Source: an uncultured Planctomycetaceae bacterium
Lineage (GTDB): Bacteria; Planctomycetota; Planctomycetia; Planctomycetales; Planctomycetaceae
DNA: 64,000 nt
Reading direction: 5' to 3'
NCBI GenBank assembly: GCA_963813715.1
Contig: CAWFAK010000007.1
Coordinates: 224,001 to 288,000, forward strand
The first letter of the stretch is position 1, and the number at the start of each line of letters is the position of its first letter. Made by a program: the position numbers and the translations under genes. Below, piece after piece: positions 51,358-63,564 of the stretch. Below the pieces are notes generated by a model that was given only the letters and a program-made list of their open reading frames with translations, did no database searches and was not told where the DNA came from.

Positions 51358-53690
51358 GTGGCCGGCGATCAATCTTCCAAGCCGAACAAGTCGCAGTCCG
51401 AGCCGATCTTCGCCGACGGCTCGGAATCGCCCAACGCGCAGACGCGGCTGACGGATTCCACCGACTCTCCGTCGGGCGCCGCCCGCAGCGCGACGCATCA
51501 AACGCCCCAATCCTGGATCGGCCGCGACATCGCCCGCTACAAGGTCATGGAATTGCTCGGCATGGGGGCGATGGGCGTGGTCTACCGCGGCTTCGACACG
51601 CTGATCGAGCGCGACGTCGCCATCAAGATCCTGCCCGCGGAACTCGCCGGCGACAAGTCGACGCGCGACCGCTTCCTGGCTGAAGCCAAGTCGGCCGGGC
51701 GACTGACGAATCCGCACGTGGTCGCTCTGCACGAAATCGGCCAGCAAGGGCAGACCGATTACATCGTGATGGAGCTGATGAACGGCGGCAACCTGGCGCA
51801 GATCATGCAGCGGTCCGGCGCTTTCTCGCCCGAGGAAGCCACGCGGATCGTGGCCGACGCGTGTCAGGGTCTGGCCGCCGCGCATGCCGCCGGCATGATC
51901 CACCGGGACATCAAGCCGAGCAACCTGCTGCGAAATGCCGAAGGGGCCGTGAAGCTCGCCGACTTCGGGCTGGCCAAGCGGACGATCGGCGCCGGCCAGC
52001 ATCTCACGCTGACGGGGCAAGTCGTCGGCACTCCCTATTACATGAGCCCCGAGCAGTGCCAGTCGAAGACGCTCGACGCCCGCAGCGATATCTATTCGCT
52101 CGGCGCGACGTATTACAGCCTGCTCACCGGCGTGACTCCCTATCACGACATCGAGAGCACCGTGCAGGTGATGTTCGCGCACGTTCACGGCGATCCGCTT
52201 GATCCGCGCAAGATCAATCCGGCCATCCCCGAAGCCTGCGCCGGGTTGTGGCCCGGGCGACGGCGAAAAAGCCGGACGACCGTTACCAGTCGGCCATGGA
52301 GATGTATGCCGATCTGTCGGCCGCGCACGTCGCCATCGGCGGCCGCCCCTTCAGCCTGCACGGCTCGGCAATTGGCAGCGCTTTGGCGTTTCAATCGGCG
52401 TCTCAAGTTCGTCGCGCCCGCAGACGCTGGCGGCTGCCCGTCGCGCTCGTGTTTGCAGCGGCCGTCGTGCTGCTCGGCGCGTGGGGCGCGTGGCTCGGCC
52501 TGCGCCCGCATGTTCCGATTGCCGGCACGCCGCCGCAGGGTGACGGCCAGCCGGCGGTGACGGCTCCGCTGGCGCAGGGCGTCACCGATTCGACGATTAC
52601 GTTCGGCTGCACGACCTCCTATTCGGGGACGAATCAGCAAGTCGGCCAGAACTTTGTGGCCGGTATCCGAACGGCGTTCGACTCGATCAACGACCAGGGG
52701 GGCATCAACGGCCGCAAGCTGAAGCTGATCGTCCTGGATGACGGCTACGAGCCCGATCGCGCCTTGGCCAATATGCGCGACTTGTACGAAAGGCGCAAGG
52801 TCTTCGCGATCGTGGGGAATGTCGGCACGTCCCCGGCCGAGAAAACCGCTCCCTACGCGATCGCCCACAAGCTGCTGTTATTCGCGCCTTGCACGGGCGC
52901 CGCTTTCTTGCGACCCGAACCTCCCGACCGCTACATCTTCAATTACCGGGCCAGCTACGCGGAGGAGACGGCGGCCCTCGTCGATTACTTCGTCAAGGTG
53001 CGACGGATCCCGGCCAATCGCATCGCCGTCTTTGCCCAGAACGACGCGTACGGGGAGGACGCCTTTCAAGGAGCGGCCCGCGCGATGCGGAAATTCGGCG
53101 TGCTCCCCGAACAGATCCTCCGTGCCGGCTACGAGCGCAACACAATACAGGTCCACGAAGCAGTCGACACAATCGTGAGTCACCGCACGAAGATCGACGC
53201 CATCGTCATGGCTCCCACCTACGGGGCGGCGGTCCTCTTCGTGAAGGGGCTCAAAGACCGGAACATGAACGTGGCGCTGGGCGCCCTCTCACTCGTCGGC
53301 GGCACCAGCCTCACGGGGCTGTTTCAGGCCACGGGCCCCCAATATGGAGAGGGGCTCATCGTTTCGCAGGTCGTCCCGCACTATCTGTCGGGGGCGACGG
53401 GCGTCATTCACTACCGGGAGTTGCTCCACAAGTATCATCCGGAAGTGGAGCCCGGCTTCCTCTCGCTCGAAGGCTTTATCGCCGCCCAGTGCCTGGCCGA
53501 AGGGCTCAAACGCGCCGGCCAAGAGCTGACGACTGAAAAACTGATCGACGCGCTGGAATCAATTCGCGACCTGGATCTGGGCATCGGCCCGATCATCAGC
53601 TTCGGCCCCTCACGTCACGAAGCCTCGAACAAAGTCTGGGGCACGGTTCTCGACCGCGAGCGGAACTTCCAGAATCTGGACCTCGAATAG
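51358..53690 (+). CDS. Ser/Thr protein kinase-TM-type I periplasmic binding protein fusion; frameshift near 52245
   Basis: GMGAMG, VAIK, HRDIKPSN, DFG, GTPYYMSPE; a second frame continues the kinase (ARATAKKPDDRYQ), then a TM and GGINGRKL.L...DDGY Leu-binding-like domain. Confidence 0.85.
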
Positions 53691-53734
53691 GCGCTGCCGA
53701 GGCCGGCACCGGCGCGGTCGAACTCTCGGAACGT

Positions 53735-55631
53735 CTAGCGGCCCGCGAGCGACAGCCGGAACGCGACCATTTCCTCACCGTTACGGGCGAGTAGCACGTC
53801 GCCGGCCAGCACCGGGTGGTTCCAGGTCTTCCCTTCGATGGCCGGGACCTTGGCCAATTCCTTGAACTCGTCTGGGCTCGCCGAACGAGTGCGAGCCCCC
53901 CTTGCTCCGACAGCACCAAGAGCAATTGTTGTTCGGACAGCAGGATCAATTGGCCATGGCCGTAGCGGCCCCCCTTCCAGCTCCGCTTGCCGTCGGCCAG
54001 GTCGATCGAGGCGAGGAATCCGTTGTCGAAACCGTACGCATGCCCCGCGTGGATGACGAAGTCGTTGTAATAGGGCTTGAGCCCCTGCGAGGTCCAGCGG
54101 TCCTCGGTCGTCCAACCGGCCGGCCCGTGGGCAACCGCAACGCGGCGCACGCCGACGCCGCCGGCCATCCCGGATCCGCTGCCGATCAGCAAGTCGCCCT
54201 CCGCCGTGAGTGAGGGTTGCACGATGCCGTCGCTCTCCCAGTCGTACTTCCACAGCAGCGTGCCCGTTTTCGGGTCGACGCTGACCGCGCCGCGCTGTTG
54301 AGCAGCAAAACCTGCTTCACGCCACCGATGGTCACGAGCTGAGGCGAGCTGTAGCCGCCGCCCTCCCCTTTGGGGCCCAGCCAGCGCAATTTTCCGATGA
54401 CGAGGTCGTACGCGACGAGTCGGCCGGCCGTCGCCACGATCACGAGGTTGTCGACCACCAGCGGCGAGCCGGCAAAGCCCCACATCGGGAGCTTCGCGCC
54501 GGTGTCGGCCGCGGCGTTGTGCGACCAGGCGAACGCGCCGTCGCCCGCGTCGAGCGCGTTGACGAGGCCCGTGGCGCCGCAGGCGTAGACGCGATCGCCG
54601 TTCAGCGTCGGCGTGGCCCGCGGGCCGGCCCCGGCGTTCGACTCCCAGAATCGGGTGGGGTCGGCGTGTCTCCAGATCGGCTGGCCCGTGGTCACGTTGT
54701 AGCACGCGACGATTTCCTCTTCGCCTCGCTGCTCCTGCGTGTAGAGCAAGTCCCCGCGGACGGCGAACGACGACCATCCCGGCCCAACCAGCCGTCGCCA
54801 CAGCTGCACGGGAGGCGACTTCGACCAGTCGGTGGCGATCTTCACGCCCCGCACGATGCCGTCGCGCTCGGGACCGCGAAAGCCGGGCCAATTGGCGATC
54901 GCTTGCGGAGCGGCGGGTTGAGTGCTGGTCGTTTTGACTCCGGTCGATTTGGTGGCGGTCGTGCTCGCAACCGCGGTCGTCTTGTCGGTCGGCTTGGTGC
55001 CGCCCGCATTGTTCCGGGCGATTGCCGTGACAGCGCGTGGGGCCGGCGGGGCGAGCGCCGGCAGCGACGCCGGTTCGTTGCCCTCCATTTGCAAAAGCCG
55101 TTCTTCGGGAGTCGGCGTCCAGCGCCAATGCAGGTCGGAACGGCCGTCGCCGGAGATTCCGCCCGTGCGGACGAGCGTGAGCGCACCGCAGGCCAAGAGC
55201 AGCGTGACGACCATCGTGGGCCGTCTGATCCACCACGGGAAGGGGGATGTCGCCGCCGCCCAAAGCACCAAGGCCAGGCACAGCACAGGAATACAAAAAA
55301 TGGGCAGCATGAAGCCCATCATGCCGGTCGCGATCGACTTGTGAACGTAGAGTGACGCGGCAAACATCCCGCCGACCATCACCGCCAGCGCCCCGATCCG
55401 TTCCAGCCAGGCCGCCCGACTGAAAAACAGCCACCACACCACGACCGCCAAGCCGCCACCAAAGATTCCCCCCATGATCCCGAATAACGCGGCATCGGGA
55501 ATAAGCCGCGGGAGAAGCAGCCACGCGAACGACTGCAGCAGGACGATCACGACGCCGGGCCAAAGACGCAACGGCCTTGGCTCGGATCGCCCATCCTGGG
55601 CTCGCGGTTCGTCCACGGCAGAGGTCTTCAT
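53735..55631 (-). CDS. Membrane-anchored PQQ-binding-like beta-propeller protein; frameshifts near 54292 and 53885
   Basis: About four N-terminal TMs, WPGFRGP.RDG, GPRATP, WGFAGSP, GYSSP, KTWNHPVL. Confidence 0.85.
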
Positions 55632-55819
55632 CGGCCTGCCCTCCCCGAGTGCTTCAATCCCGAAAGCGTCCGCTTGAGTCGACGATTCGACGCCTGGACT
55701 CGACAATCTCCCTGCCGAACGACTCGCCTGCCCAGCGGGACCGTTTCCGTTCCTCGCGGAGCCTTGTTAGTCTCGACCCGGAATTCGTCGCTGGCCCGCA
55801 GTTATTCGCTACTGCCACC

Positions 55820-57160
55820 GTGGAGCTTAGATCGTGCGTCAGCGCCCTGGGAATTCTGATTGTGTTGCTGGCTGCCGTGATTGTGCCGGCCGGTTTGGTC
55901 CTGGCCGAGTCGCCGCCGCCTAAGAACGCCGCTCCGGCAACGTCGCCGGCCGCGCCGACGGGCCCGCGCTTCGACCCGGTGACGGCCACCGAGGCCTACG
56001 TCGCCCGGCTGACGCCCGAGCAGATCGCCAAGTCCGACTCCTACTTCGAGGGGGGCTATTGGCTGAAGCTGTGGGGCTTCCTCGTTTCGTCGGCGATCTC
56101 CGTGATCCTGCTGACGACGGGCCTGGCGGCGCGGATGCGGAACCTTGCGGAGCGCCTCATCCGCTTCCGCTTCGCGCAAGGGCCGCTTCGCACCCTGGTA
56201 TTTGGGGCCCAGTACTTCTTATTCACGACGGTTTTGAGCTTTCCGCTGGACGTCTATGCGGGATACTTCCGGGAGCACCAGTACGACCTTTCGAACCAGA
56301 GTTTGGGCGACTGGCTCAAAGATGCCTCGATCGGAGTGGCGGTGCTGGCCGTCATCGGCGGGATCGCGCTCATGGTGCTGTACGCGATCTTGGGCCGCGT
56401 GCAGAAGAGCTGGTGGATCTGGGCGTCCGTGGCCTCGGTGGCGTTCTTGTTCGTCGTCAGTTTGCTGGCGCCGGTTTACATCGCGCCCCTCTTCAACAAG
56501 TACAAAACGCTCGACGATCCCAAGATCCGCGATCCGATTTTGAGCCTGGCCCGCGCCAACGAAATCCCCGCCGACCGGGTCTACGTTTACGACGCTTCGA
56601 AGCAGACGAAGACCATCAGCGCCAACGTCAGCGGCGCGCTCGGGACGATGCGGATCTCGCTCAACGACAACCTGCTTAATCGCTGCAACCTGGCATCGAT
56701 CCGCGCGGTGATGGCCCACGAAATGGGTCACTACGTCCTCAATCACATCTACAAGGGACTGATCGAAATGGGCCTGGTGCTGACGATCGGCTTCGCCTTC
56801 GTCGCCTGGGGCTTCCAGCGGATCGTGGCCCGCCGCGGCGCGGCGTGGGGCATCCGCTCGATCGCCGACCCGGCCGGGCTGCCGCTGATCGTGCTGTTGT
56901 TCGGAATTTATTTCTTCGTCATGACGCCGGTGACCAACACCATCACCCGCACGGCCGAGATCGAAGCCGACGCCTTCGGCCTGAACGCCGCCGCCGAGCC
57001 CGACGGATTTGCCGACGCGTCCCTGCTCCTCTCGGAGTACCGCAAGATGCACCCCGGCAAATTGGAAGAGATCGTGTTCTACGACCACCCGAGCGGGTAC
57101 AACCGCATCCTGATGGCGATGACGTGGAAGGCCGAACACCCGAACACCGGCAGTCACTGA
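55820..57160 (+). CDS. M48 family (Ste24-like) integral membrane peptidase (start uncertain)
   Basis: PLFNKY, DAS..T...ANV.G, HEMGH, EIEAD.FG, YDHP. Confidence 0.9.
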   Translation: MELRSCVSALGILIVLLAAVIVPAGLVLAESPPPKNAAPATSPAAPTGPRFDPVTATEAYVARLTPEQIAKSDSYFEGGYWLKLWGFLVSSAISVILLTTGLAARMRNLAERLIRFRFAQGPLRTLVFGAQYFLFTTVLSFPLDVYAGYFREHQYDLSNQSLGDWLKDASIGVAVLAVIGGIALMVLYAILGRVQKSWWIWASVASVAFLFVVSLLAPVYIAPLFNKYKTLDDPKIRDPILSLARANEIPADRVYVYDASKQTKTISANVSGALGTMRISLNDNLLNRCNLASIRAVMAHEMGHYVLNHIYKGLIEMGLVLTIGFAFVAWGFQRIVARRGAAWGIRSIADPAGLPLIVLLFGIYFFVMTPVTNTITRTAEIEADAFGLNAAAEPDGFADASLLLSEYRKMHPGKLEEIVFYDHPSGYNRILMAMTWKAEHPNTGSH

Positions 57161-57218
57161 GTTTTCGGCCTGATCCCCCGCATCATTCGACCTTCCTCTT
57201 TTGCAAAGGTTTGTTTCC

Positions 57219-59339
57219 GTGAAGCGGTTTGCCTCGCTCGCAGTTCTTCTGCTCTTCCCGGCAGTGCTCCTCGCGCAAGACACGGCCCCGCAGCCGCCCG
57301 TCGCGCCACTCGGCCGTTCACGTACGAATTTCAGGGCCGCTCGATCTCCGATCCGTATCACTGGCTCAAGGAAAAGTCGAATCCGGAGGTTATCGCCTAT
57401 ATCAAAAGCGAGAACGCCTATCGCGAGAGCCTGACGAAATCGCTCAAGCCGTTCGAGGATCGGCTCTACAGCGAGATGCTCTCGCACATCAAGCAGACCG
57501 ACCTGAGCGTGCCGGTTCGCGACAACGGTTATTGGTATTACTCGCGCACCGTCGAGGGAAAGCAGTACCCGATCTTTTGTCGCAAGGCCGGCAGCCTGAC
57601 GGGAGCTGAGGAAATTCTGCTCGACGTCAACCAACTGGCGACGGGCAAGAAGTTCCTCTCCGTGCGGCCGGTCGGCGCCAGCGACGACGGCCGGCTCTAC
57701 GCCTACCTCAGCGACGTCACCGGCTTTCGCGAGTATTACCTCTCGGTCAAGAACCTGCGAACCGGCCGCGTGCTCGAGGACAATTTTGTCAAAGTCTCCG
57801 ACGTCGAATGGGCCGGCGACAACCGGACCCTGTTCTACGTGATCGAAGACGCGGCCAAGCGGCCGTTCAAGCTGTTCCGCCACGTCGTCGGCCAGCCCAA
57901 GGCGCAGGATGCCTTCCTCTACGAGGAGAAGGACGGCAATTACAACCTGGCCGTCAGCCGCACGCACGATAAGAAGTTCGTCGTCCACAGCTCGGAAAGC
58001 TCGAATACGACCGAGCAGCACGTTTTGGACCGCGACACACCGACCGGCGAGTTTCGGCTCGTCGCGCCGCGGACCGTCGGAGTCGAATACACGGTCGATC
58101 ACCGCGACGGACTGTTTCATATCCGCACGAACAGAGACGGCGCGATCAACTTCAAGTGGATGACCTGCCCCGCCGCTGAGATTATGTCAGGCAAAACCGA
58201 TCCGCGCGGCTGGAGGGATTTCGAGCCCTATCGGCCCGACGTCTTTCTCGAGCACCTTGTACCGTTCAAGGACTATGCCGTCGTCGCCGAGCGCGAGGCG
58301 GGCATCACCCAGCTCCGCGTCTACGACTTTCACTCGCAGACCGCGTATCGCGTTTCGTTCCCCGAGCGGAGCTACACGGTCGAGCTGGGGGCCAACCCTG
58401 AATACGACATCCGCGACATCCACTTCAACTACACGAGCCTCGTGACGCCGCTGTCGGTCTTCGATTTCGACCTGGCGACGCGCGAGCGGAGGCTGCTCAA
58501 GGCGACTGACGTACCCGGCGGCTTCGATCCCAAGAACTACGTCACCGAGCGGGCCGCGGCGACGGCGGCGGACGGCGAAAGTCCCCCTGTCGATCGTTTA
58601 CCGCAAAGGTTTAATCAAAGACGGCAAGGCTCCCCTCTTCCTCTACGGGTACGGCTCCTACGGCATCACCACGGACCCGGAGTTCGACCCGTCGCGGCTC
58701 GTGCTCCTCGATCGCGGCGTCGTCTTCGCGATGGCCCACATCCGCGGCGGAGCCGACATGGGGCGGAACTGGTATCTCGACGGCAAGCTGATGCACAAGA
58801 AAAATACGTTCACCGACTTCATCGCCTGCGCCGATTACCTCGTGAACGAAAAGTACGGCTCCCGCGAGCGACTGGCCATCGAGGGTCGGAGCGCCGGCGG
58901 CCTGTTGATCGGCGCGACGCTCAATTTTCGCCCCGATCTGTGCAAGGTGGCCCATCTCGGGGTGCCGTTCGTCGATCTCATCAACACCATGCTCGACGAA
59001 TCGCTGCCCCTGACGACGCAGGAGTTTTTGGAGTGGGGCAATCCCAAGCAGCCGGCGGCCGGCCGTTACATGAGGGAGTATTCGCCCTACGACAACTTGG
59101 CGAGGACTGCCTACCCGGCAATCCTGGTGACGACCTCACTCAACGACAGCCAGGTGCTCTACCACGAGCCGACCAAATACGTCGCCCGACTGCGGACGCT
59201 GAAGACGGATAAAAACCCACTGATCCTGAAGTGCAACATGGACGCCGGCCACGGCGGAGCCAGCGGCCGCTACGAGGCGCTCCACGAAAAAGCCTACGAG
59301 CTGTCGTTCATCCTGACCCAACTCGGGGTCACGAGGTAA
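57219..59339 (+). CDS. ptrB: S9A oligopeptidase B, secreted; frameshifts near 57312 and 58580
   Basis: DPYHWL, YYSRTVEGKQYP, YGYGSYG, HIRGG, GRSAGG, EWGNP, AGHGG. Confidence 0.88.
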
Positions 59340-59346
59340 AACGGAG

Positions 59347-59467
59347 GGGTGGCGGGGGCGTTGCTTTGCGGAAGCCCCCGGCAGTTCCGGTCGCTCGTTT
59401 TCGTGAGCATCGCCGCACTTCGTGCCGATGTTCCGGGGCTTCCGCTCCGCGAGCACCCGGCCACCCG
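59347..59467. repeat. REP-like repeat family A, inverted pair between convergent genes
   Basis: GGGTGGCGGGGGCG...GCGGAAGCCCCCGG, with inverted CCGGGGCTTCCGCTCCGCGAGCACCCGGCCACCC. Confidence 0.8.
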
Positions 59468-59493
59468 ATCGGCCGGGCACCCGATCGTGTGCG

Positions 59494-60879
59494 TTATTCC
59501 GGCTGCGGCTCGGGGCGGACGAGGGCGCGGACGATCGGCGACGTCAGCATGGTCGTGACGATCGCCATCATGACCATCATCGCGAAGAGCTCCGGCGAGA
59601 TCACGCGCAGATCCAGGCCGATATTCAGCACGATCAACTCCATCAGCCCGCGCGTGTTCATCAGGGCGCCCAGGGCCGTGGCCTCGCTCCAGCTCGAGCC
59701 GGTCAAACGGGCGGCGGCGAGCGTGCCGCCGAACTTGCCGAGCGTCGCGATCAGGATAATCACGCCGCACCAGAACCACGGCCCCGCCCCGGTCATCAGG
59801 TCGATGCGCATCCGCATGCCGGTGAGCGCGAAGAATGCCGGCAGCAAGAGCACGGTCACGATCTGCTCGGTGCGGCGGGCAAAGTCGCGGGCGAAGTCGC
59901 TGTCGTGCGGGATGAGGGCTCCGAGCAGGAACGCGCCGAAGATCGCATGGATGCCAATCAGTTCCGTCGCGAGAGCCGAGGCCAGCAAGGTCACGAACAC
60001 CACGCCGGCGGCCGTTCGCGAGAGCCGTTTGGCCGAGGGGTGCCGGGCCAGCCGGACGACGAGCGGACGCACGACCAGGATCATGGCCGCGATATAGGCG
60101 ACGGTGCCGGCTACCACGTACAGCCCCTGGTCGACGTGAGCCTTGGCAACTCCCACGACAAAGGCCAACAGGCCCCAGGCTGTGACGTCGTCCATGGCCG
60201 CGCAGCTCAGCGCCATCACGCCGATCGGCGTGCGCGAGATTCCCTGGTCGGTGAGAATTCGGGCCAGCACGGGAAAGGCCGTGATCGACATCGCCACGCC
60301 GACGAACAGGGCAAAATTCGTAAACGGCACGTCGTTGGTCGACAACCGCGGGTACAGCGCCAGCGCGAGCAACGAACCCAACAAGAAGGGCACGACGATG
60401 CTCGCATGTGACGTGGCCACCGCCACCCGCGCCCGCCCCTTGATCAACCCGGCGTTGAGCTCCAGGCCGACGATGAACATGTACAAGATCACGCCGAGCT
60501 GGGAAATCACCCCCAAAAAGGGCGCGACCGTGGCTGGCAGGACTCGGGCCGAAAGATCGGGACCCAGGAACGACGGGCCAAGCAGAATGCCCGCCATCAC
60601 CTCGCCGATAACCGGCGGCTGCCCGATGTAGACGAAGATGCGTCCGAGAATCTGCCCGACCGCGATCACCGCCACGAGGGCCACCAGCACGTGCATCAGC
60701 ACGTCGCTCTGTTGCGGCGATCCGGCTGCCGCGTCGGAAACGGCCGTCGCCGCGGGCGCCGGGGCTTCGAGCGATTGGCCGAAACTGCGGATTGCCAAAA
60801 AGGCGGCAATCGTGCCGGCCACCATCACGGTGTAGCCGACAAAACCCAACGCCTTTCTCGGAGGAGCAGTATCAAGCAC
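59494..60879 (-). CDS. Cation:proton antiporter (CPA2 family)
   Basis: GQPPVIGE..GILLGP, SITAFPVLARIL, GAF..G, MNTRGLMELIVL. Confidence 0.92.
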   Translation of the reverse strand: MLDTAPPRKALGFVGYTVMVAGTIAAFLAIRSFGQSLEAPAPAATAVSDAAAGSPQQSDVLMHVLVALVAVIAVGQILGRIFVYIGQPPVIGEVMAGILLGPSFLGPDLSARVLPATVAPFLGVISQLGVILYMFIVGLELNAGLIKGRARVAVATSHASIVVPFLLGSLLALALYPRLSTNDVPFTNFALFVGVAMSITAFPVLARILTDQGISRTPIGVMALSCAAMDDVTAWGLLAFVVGVAKAHVDQGLYVVAGTVAYIAAMILVVRPLVVRLARHPSAKRLSRTAAGVVFVTLLASALATELIGIHAIFGAFLLGALIPHDSDFARDFARRTEQIVTVLLLPAFFALTGMRMRIDLMTGAGPWFWCGVIILIATLGKFGGTLAAARLTGSSWSEATALGALMNTRGLMELIVLNIGLDLRVISPELFAMMVMMAIVTTMLTSPIVRALVRPEPQPE

Positions 60880-60883
60880 GGCA

Positions 60884-62172
60884 TTAGAAGGTATGCGTCA
60901 GGCCGACTCCGATCCAGTGAGCCTGGGCATTGACCGTGCTGTTGCTGAAGTCGCCACCGACCAGGGCGCTCGTCCCGACGGTCCGCTGCGGGCCGAAGGA
61001 GTACTGGTAGGCCAAATCGAGATGCCACGTGTCGACCAGCGTGGTCCCCCAGCCGAACGTGAATGAGTTTTCGAGGGTGGCCGGGATCCAGGGGGTGAGA
61101 GTCGAGCTGGGGATGGTGCCCGAGGTGTAGATGTAGCCCAACCGAATCACGCTGGCGTCGGAATAGAACCACTCATAGCCGGTCCGCACCGAGACGCTGT
61201 CCCACCAGTTGAGGGGAATCGACTGGTTGAACACCGGGCCCAGGAAGTGCGTGAAGATCGGGTTCGACGGAATCGTTCAGCTCGATGTTGATGTCCTTGA
61301 ACGCATCGGCCCAGTCGACCCACACGACGTCGAGCGAAACCCGCTGCCGGTGCGGCAGGTCCTGCTTGAGACCGATGCCGACCGTCGCCGGCCAGCAGAT
61401 GGTGGTCAACGTATTGAAGTGGCTGCTGACCGGCTCCGGTGCGAGGCCATAGACGGTCGCATCCATGTGGCCGTTGAGGCCGAAGTGGTCGGCGCTGGTG
61501 TAGGCGGCACCGAGCATCGTGGTCTCGGTCAATTTGTACTGGGCGCCGACCGACCAGGTCGGAGAGACGCCGTCGCCCACAAGCTTGATGCTGGTCGGCG
61601 CACCGGCAAACGGCCCCTGCTGAATGAAGAACGGGGTCTCGAGCTCTTCGTAGCTGTATGAGATGCCGAGCGTGGCACCGATCGTGAGATTGTCCATGGG
61701 CCGCCAGGCGATCGCCGGCAAGATCTTGATCAGCGAGCCGAACGACTTGTACGACTGGTTGCCCAACACCGGATTGTTGAGGTCCCATCCGGCGGCGAAA
61801 CCGGCGGGAGCGAAAATGCCGATGCCCCAGGCCCAGTTGCCGTTCTCGCTCTTCTGGAAATACGAGAGCGACGGCAGCTCGAGCGGACGGATCTTGGCCG
61901 ACGCGTCGTCGTTGATCGGATTGCTGTAATGCAGATCCGTGATCAGCGTGTCGCCGCTGACCTCGAAGAGCCCGTTCCCCTCGGCATTGAGGATACCGGC
62001 CGGGTTGGAGAGGATCACGGCTCCGTTGTCGGAGAAGGCGATGTTCGTGCCGCCGCGGCCGTCGGTGATCGCTTCGTTGCTGTCGCGAATCACGCCGTCG
62101 GCCCGAGCCGACGATGCCGCCAGAACCAACACGCCAAACGCAGCAGAGACAATTCTTGAAACGGATGTTCAT
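60884..62172 (-). CDS. OmpP1/FadL-family outer membrane protein; frameshifts near 62135 and 61265
   Basis: Signal peptide, GRGG..IA..D....NPA hatch motif, amphipathic beta-strands, C-terminal Phe. Confidence 0.78.
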
Positions 62173-62536
62173 TTGCACCGGCCCGTTGAGATCCGTCTAC
62201 CGGGATGGTGCGCGGCAGGAGGTCCGCGCGGCCCGGGACCGAAGCTTGGGGAAGCCTCCTCCGTGAGACCGTCACGGGGATATCGGTCCGGCCGCCTTCG
62301 CCGCATCAAACGCTTATGCGTTGTCTGCGCATCGTAACTCCGTTCTGAGCGATGTGACGAGCACATCCGGCATCGTCGAAACGCGAGCTACAACCGGCAC
62401 GCTTTCACGCGGCGTCGCAACTTGCCAGAGGGGCGTGCGACCGTGGCGGGAGCCCGACGGCGCGCGGTAAGAAAAGGCACCGCTTACTTCGTGTGCGGCT
62501 CTTTGAAGGCCCAACCGCTGCGCCGGCCAACTCGCC

Positions 62537-63475
62537 TCAGCCTGCCTGACCGTGCACGCGGAGCTCGATCGGCAGCGGGAATTGGGCGAATTCCTCACGA
62601 ATCGTGTGAGGCTCGACGACGGCCCCGTAGCGGTCCATCAGGTAAGCCAGACAGTCTTCGACCACCTCTTCCGGAGCGCTCGCCCCGGCCGTCACGAGCA
62701 CCGTCTCGCAGCCTTCGAGCCATTGGGGATCGATCTCGCTGGCGGCGTCGATCAGATAGGCCGGCTTGTTCCCTTCCTTGGCGATCTCGGCCAGGCGATT
62801 GCTGTTGGAGCTGTTGCGGCTGCCCAGCACGATCACGACGTCCGAGGCGGGCAGCAGCATCTTCACCGCGTCCTGCCGGTTCTGGGTGGCGTAGCAGATG
62901 TCCTTCTTGGGCGGGCCAACGATCTTGGGAAACCGCCGCTTGAGCCGATCGATGATCTGGCTCGCCTCGTCGACGCTGAGCGTCGTCTGCGTGATGTAGG
63001 CCAGGCGGTCGGGATCGGGGACCTCGAGCGCGTCGACGTCGGCCACGCTTTCCACGAGCTGCATCTGCCGCGGAGCTTCGCCCATCGTGCCGACGGCTTC
63101 GTCGTGGCCGGCATGACCGATCAGGATCACCGTGCGGCCTTCGTTCGCGAAACGGATCGCCTCGAGATGGACCTTGGAAACGAGCGGGCACGTGGCGTCG
63201 ATGGTGGCCAGGCGACGCGTGCGGGCCTCTTGACGCACCTGCGGGCCGACGCCGTGGGCGCTATAAACCAAGCGGCCCCCTTCGGGCACGTCGGCGATCT
63301 CGTCGACGAACACAACGCCGCGGCGGCGAAAACTCTGCACGACGTGATTGTTGTGGACGATCTCGTGATAGACGTAGAGCGGCGATCCGAAGAGCTCGAG
63401 CGCCCGCTCGAGGGTCTGGATCGCCATCACGACGCCGGCGCAGAAGCCGTGGGGATTAGCCAGCAGGACTTTCAT
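62537..63475 (-). CDS. ispH: 4-hydroxy-3-methylbut-2-enyl diphosphate reductase
   Basis: GFCAGV, EIVHN, SAHGV, DATCPLV.KVH, QTTLS, DICYATQNRQ, SSNS, TAGASAPE. Confidence 0.96.
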   Translation of the reverse strand: MKVLLANPHGFCAGVVMAIQTLERALELFGSPLYVYHEIVHNNHVVQSFRRRGVVFVDEIADVPEGGRLVYSAHGVGPQVRQEARTRRLATIDATCPLVSKVHLEAIRFANEGRTVILIGHAGHDEAVGTMGEAPRQMQLVESVADVDALEVPDPDRLAYITQTTLSVDEASQIIDRLKRRFPKIVGPPKKDICYATQNRQDAVKMLLPASDVVIVLGSRNSSNSNRLAEIAKEGNKPAYLIDAASEIDPQWLEGCETVLVTAGASAPEEVVEDCLAYLMDRYGAVVEPHTIREEFAQFPLPIELRVHGQAG

Positions 63476-63564
63476 GGTTCGTTCCTTGCCTTGCGGCGAC
63501 CTTGCCCGTCCGCGACTTCCTGCGCGAGAAGCTTGGACCAAATCCTCGCGCTCGACAGAGCGCG

